A stretch of DNA of 64,000 bases from NCBI GenBank assembly GCA_963514005.1, contig OY740788.1, positions 18,352,001 to 18,416,000 on the forward strand, written 5' to 3'. This DNA is from Raja brachyura (Eukaryota). Positions 62,511-64,000 of the stretch are shown in pieces. The notes under the pieces are model-generated. The model searched no databases, had not been told where the DNA came from, and saw only the letters and a list, made by a program, of their open reading frames with translations. Made by a program: the position numbers and the translations under genes. The first letter of the stretch is position 1, and every line of letters starts with the position of its first letter.

Positions 62511-63249
62511 CCTAATTCTGTTCCTATTAGACCATGTCTGGGATCAATCGGTATGTCTAGAAGGCTTGAAATTAACAAATTGCCCACCACTCCCTGTTGA
62601 ATCAGTGATACAATCTTCAATCAGTGATACAATCAGTGATAGAAATCCATGAGTAGCTGTACAATAATGCTATGGATGTAGGCATGTGCCCCTGATACAA
62701 TCTGGAGTTCACAATGGACTTGTACTACCCAAATAGCAAGTGTCAAACGTTCTGGGTTCCTACCTTTTGTACATAGAACATCAAGAGAACTTTGGCCCAG
62801 TTAATGTAAGCAAGAAGCTTAAATGGTGAGATCATATATCAGTTTTAGCTTTGTGCCCAAGACTAAGAGTATAGATAATTTAAAAAATAGTATTAGTGCA
62901 GCAGCTTGCTCAAGTGGAGTTGAGATTGAGATATGTGTTTGTGGCACTGTAGGGGCCATCTGTTCATTACGTATTATGAGTGCGTTTATCCTTATTGAAA
63001 TAGAAATAAATGCAAACTGATGCATCTTCGCCAACATAAAACCATCATGCAACATATATCTACTAATTTTCATTAAAAACTGCCTGACTATAGGAAACTA
63101 ATATAAGTTGAGAAAATGACATTCCGATTAACTGCATTTCAAATGTCAGTATTTTTCCTTCAATGGCAATAGTGGTAGCAAATACACTGGTAATGCATTT
63201 GACCTGAAACAAATCCAACTGGATGGTAACATTATAATGATGTATAAGC

Positions 63250-63476
63250 GCAGGAAGGAACTGCAGATGCTGATTTAAACCGAAGATAGACACAAAAAAC
63301 TGGAGTAACTGAGCCGGTCAGACAGCATCTCTGGAGAAAAGGAATAGGTGCCATTTCTTCAGAAGAGAAGAACAAGACCAAGAGGAGAAGACTCAACACG
63401 AAACGTCACCTATTCCTTTTCTCCAGAGATGCTGTCTGACCCGCTGGGTTACTCCAGTTTTTTGCGTCTATCTTTG
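63250..63476. mobile_element. Palindromic Penelope pLTR derivative
   Basis: Arms at about 63274-63357 and 63400-63475 are reverse complements. Confidence 0.75.
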
Positions 63477-64000
63477 ATGATGTACGTATGTGTATCAGCT
63501 ATTGTGGCATTGGCATGAGGAACACTCACCGTCATTAGCTGTCATTGTGTGGCCTAGCAATATGATGTGATGTTACTTATTCAGTCGATGATCAATGTAC
63601 CTTTGCATTGGAGAAGATGAGGCCCTTCATGCACGGGGATAACTTGCCATACATATTAAATATGAGGCCCCTTATTCTGTCACACTCATATGTGCTAAAA
63701 TGTGGTTATCCTTGGTTCGTAAATGATCTATCAGTGGAGAACAAATTCATAAACAGTTCACTCATAATTCATTAAGAAATATTTAGGACTCATAATAAGA
63801 CCAAAACACAGAACCAATATATGCATTGTTAGATTTGAGAATTTTAACATATAGTTCAACAGGCTAGCATTTATTGCATAATTAATCTATTTCATGGATG
63901 CTTTACTTACGTTCTTTGATGGGTAATTAGGATAAAGTCAGTATTTTTCCTTCAATGGCAATAGTGGTAGCAAATACACTGGTAATGCATTTGACCTGAA

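Overview
Vertebrate genomic DNA dominated by transposable elements, probably intronic or intergenic. The repeat mix (CR1 LINEs, V-SINE/HE1-type SINEs, Penelope pseudo-LTRs, fish-type L1, Rex1) suggests a cartilaginous fish (inference). No intact host gene is certain; almost all long ORFs are decayed TE frames or low-complexity artefacts. Main elements: two long CR1 copies (1860-5112 +; 39427-44160 -, with SGNH-esterase ORF1), two DIRS tyrosine-recombinase retroelements (one with both ITRs and the ICR), two non-autonomous Helitrons, a deleted Tc1, a solo LTR, four L1 3' fragments (one 5'-inverted), 11 Harbinger-like MITEs sharing one TIR, a GTAG..CTAC transposon with a 5-bp TSD, and many Penelope pLTRs carrying a minimal hammerhead-ribozyme-like core. 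Three phase-compatible putative exons on + may mark an unidentified host gene. All calls are from reading the sequence by eye; no database search was run. I see interesting TE mechanics but cannot claim a confirmed new system.
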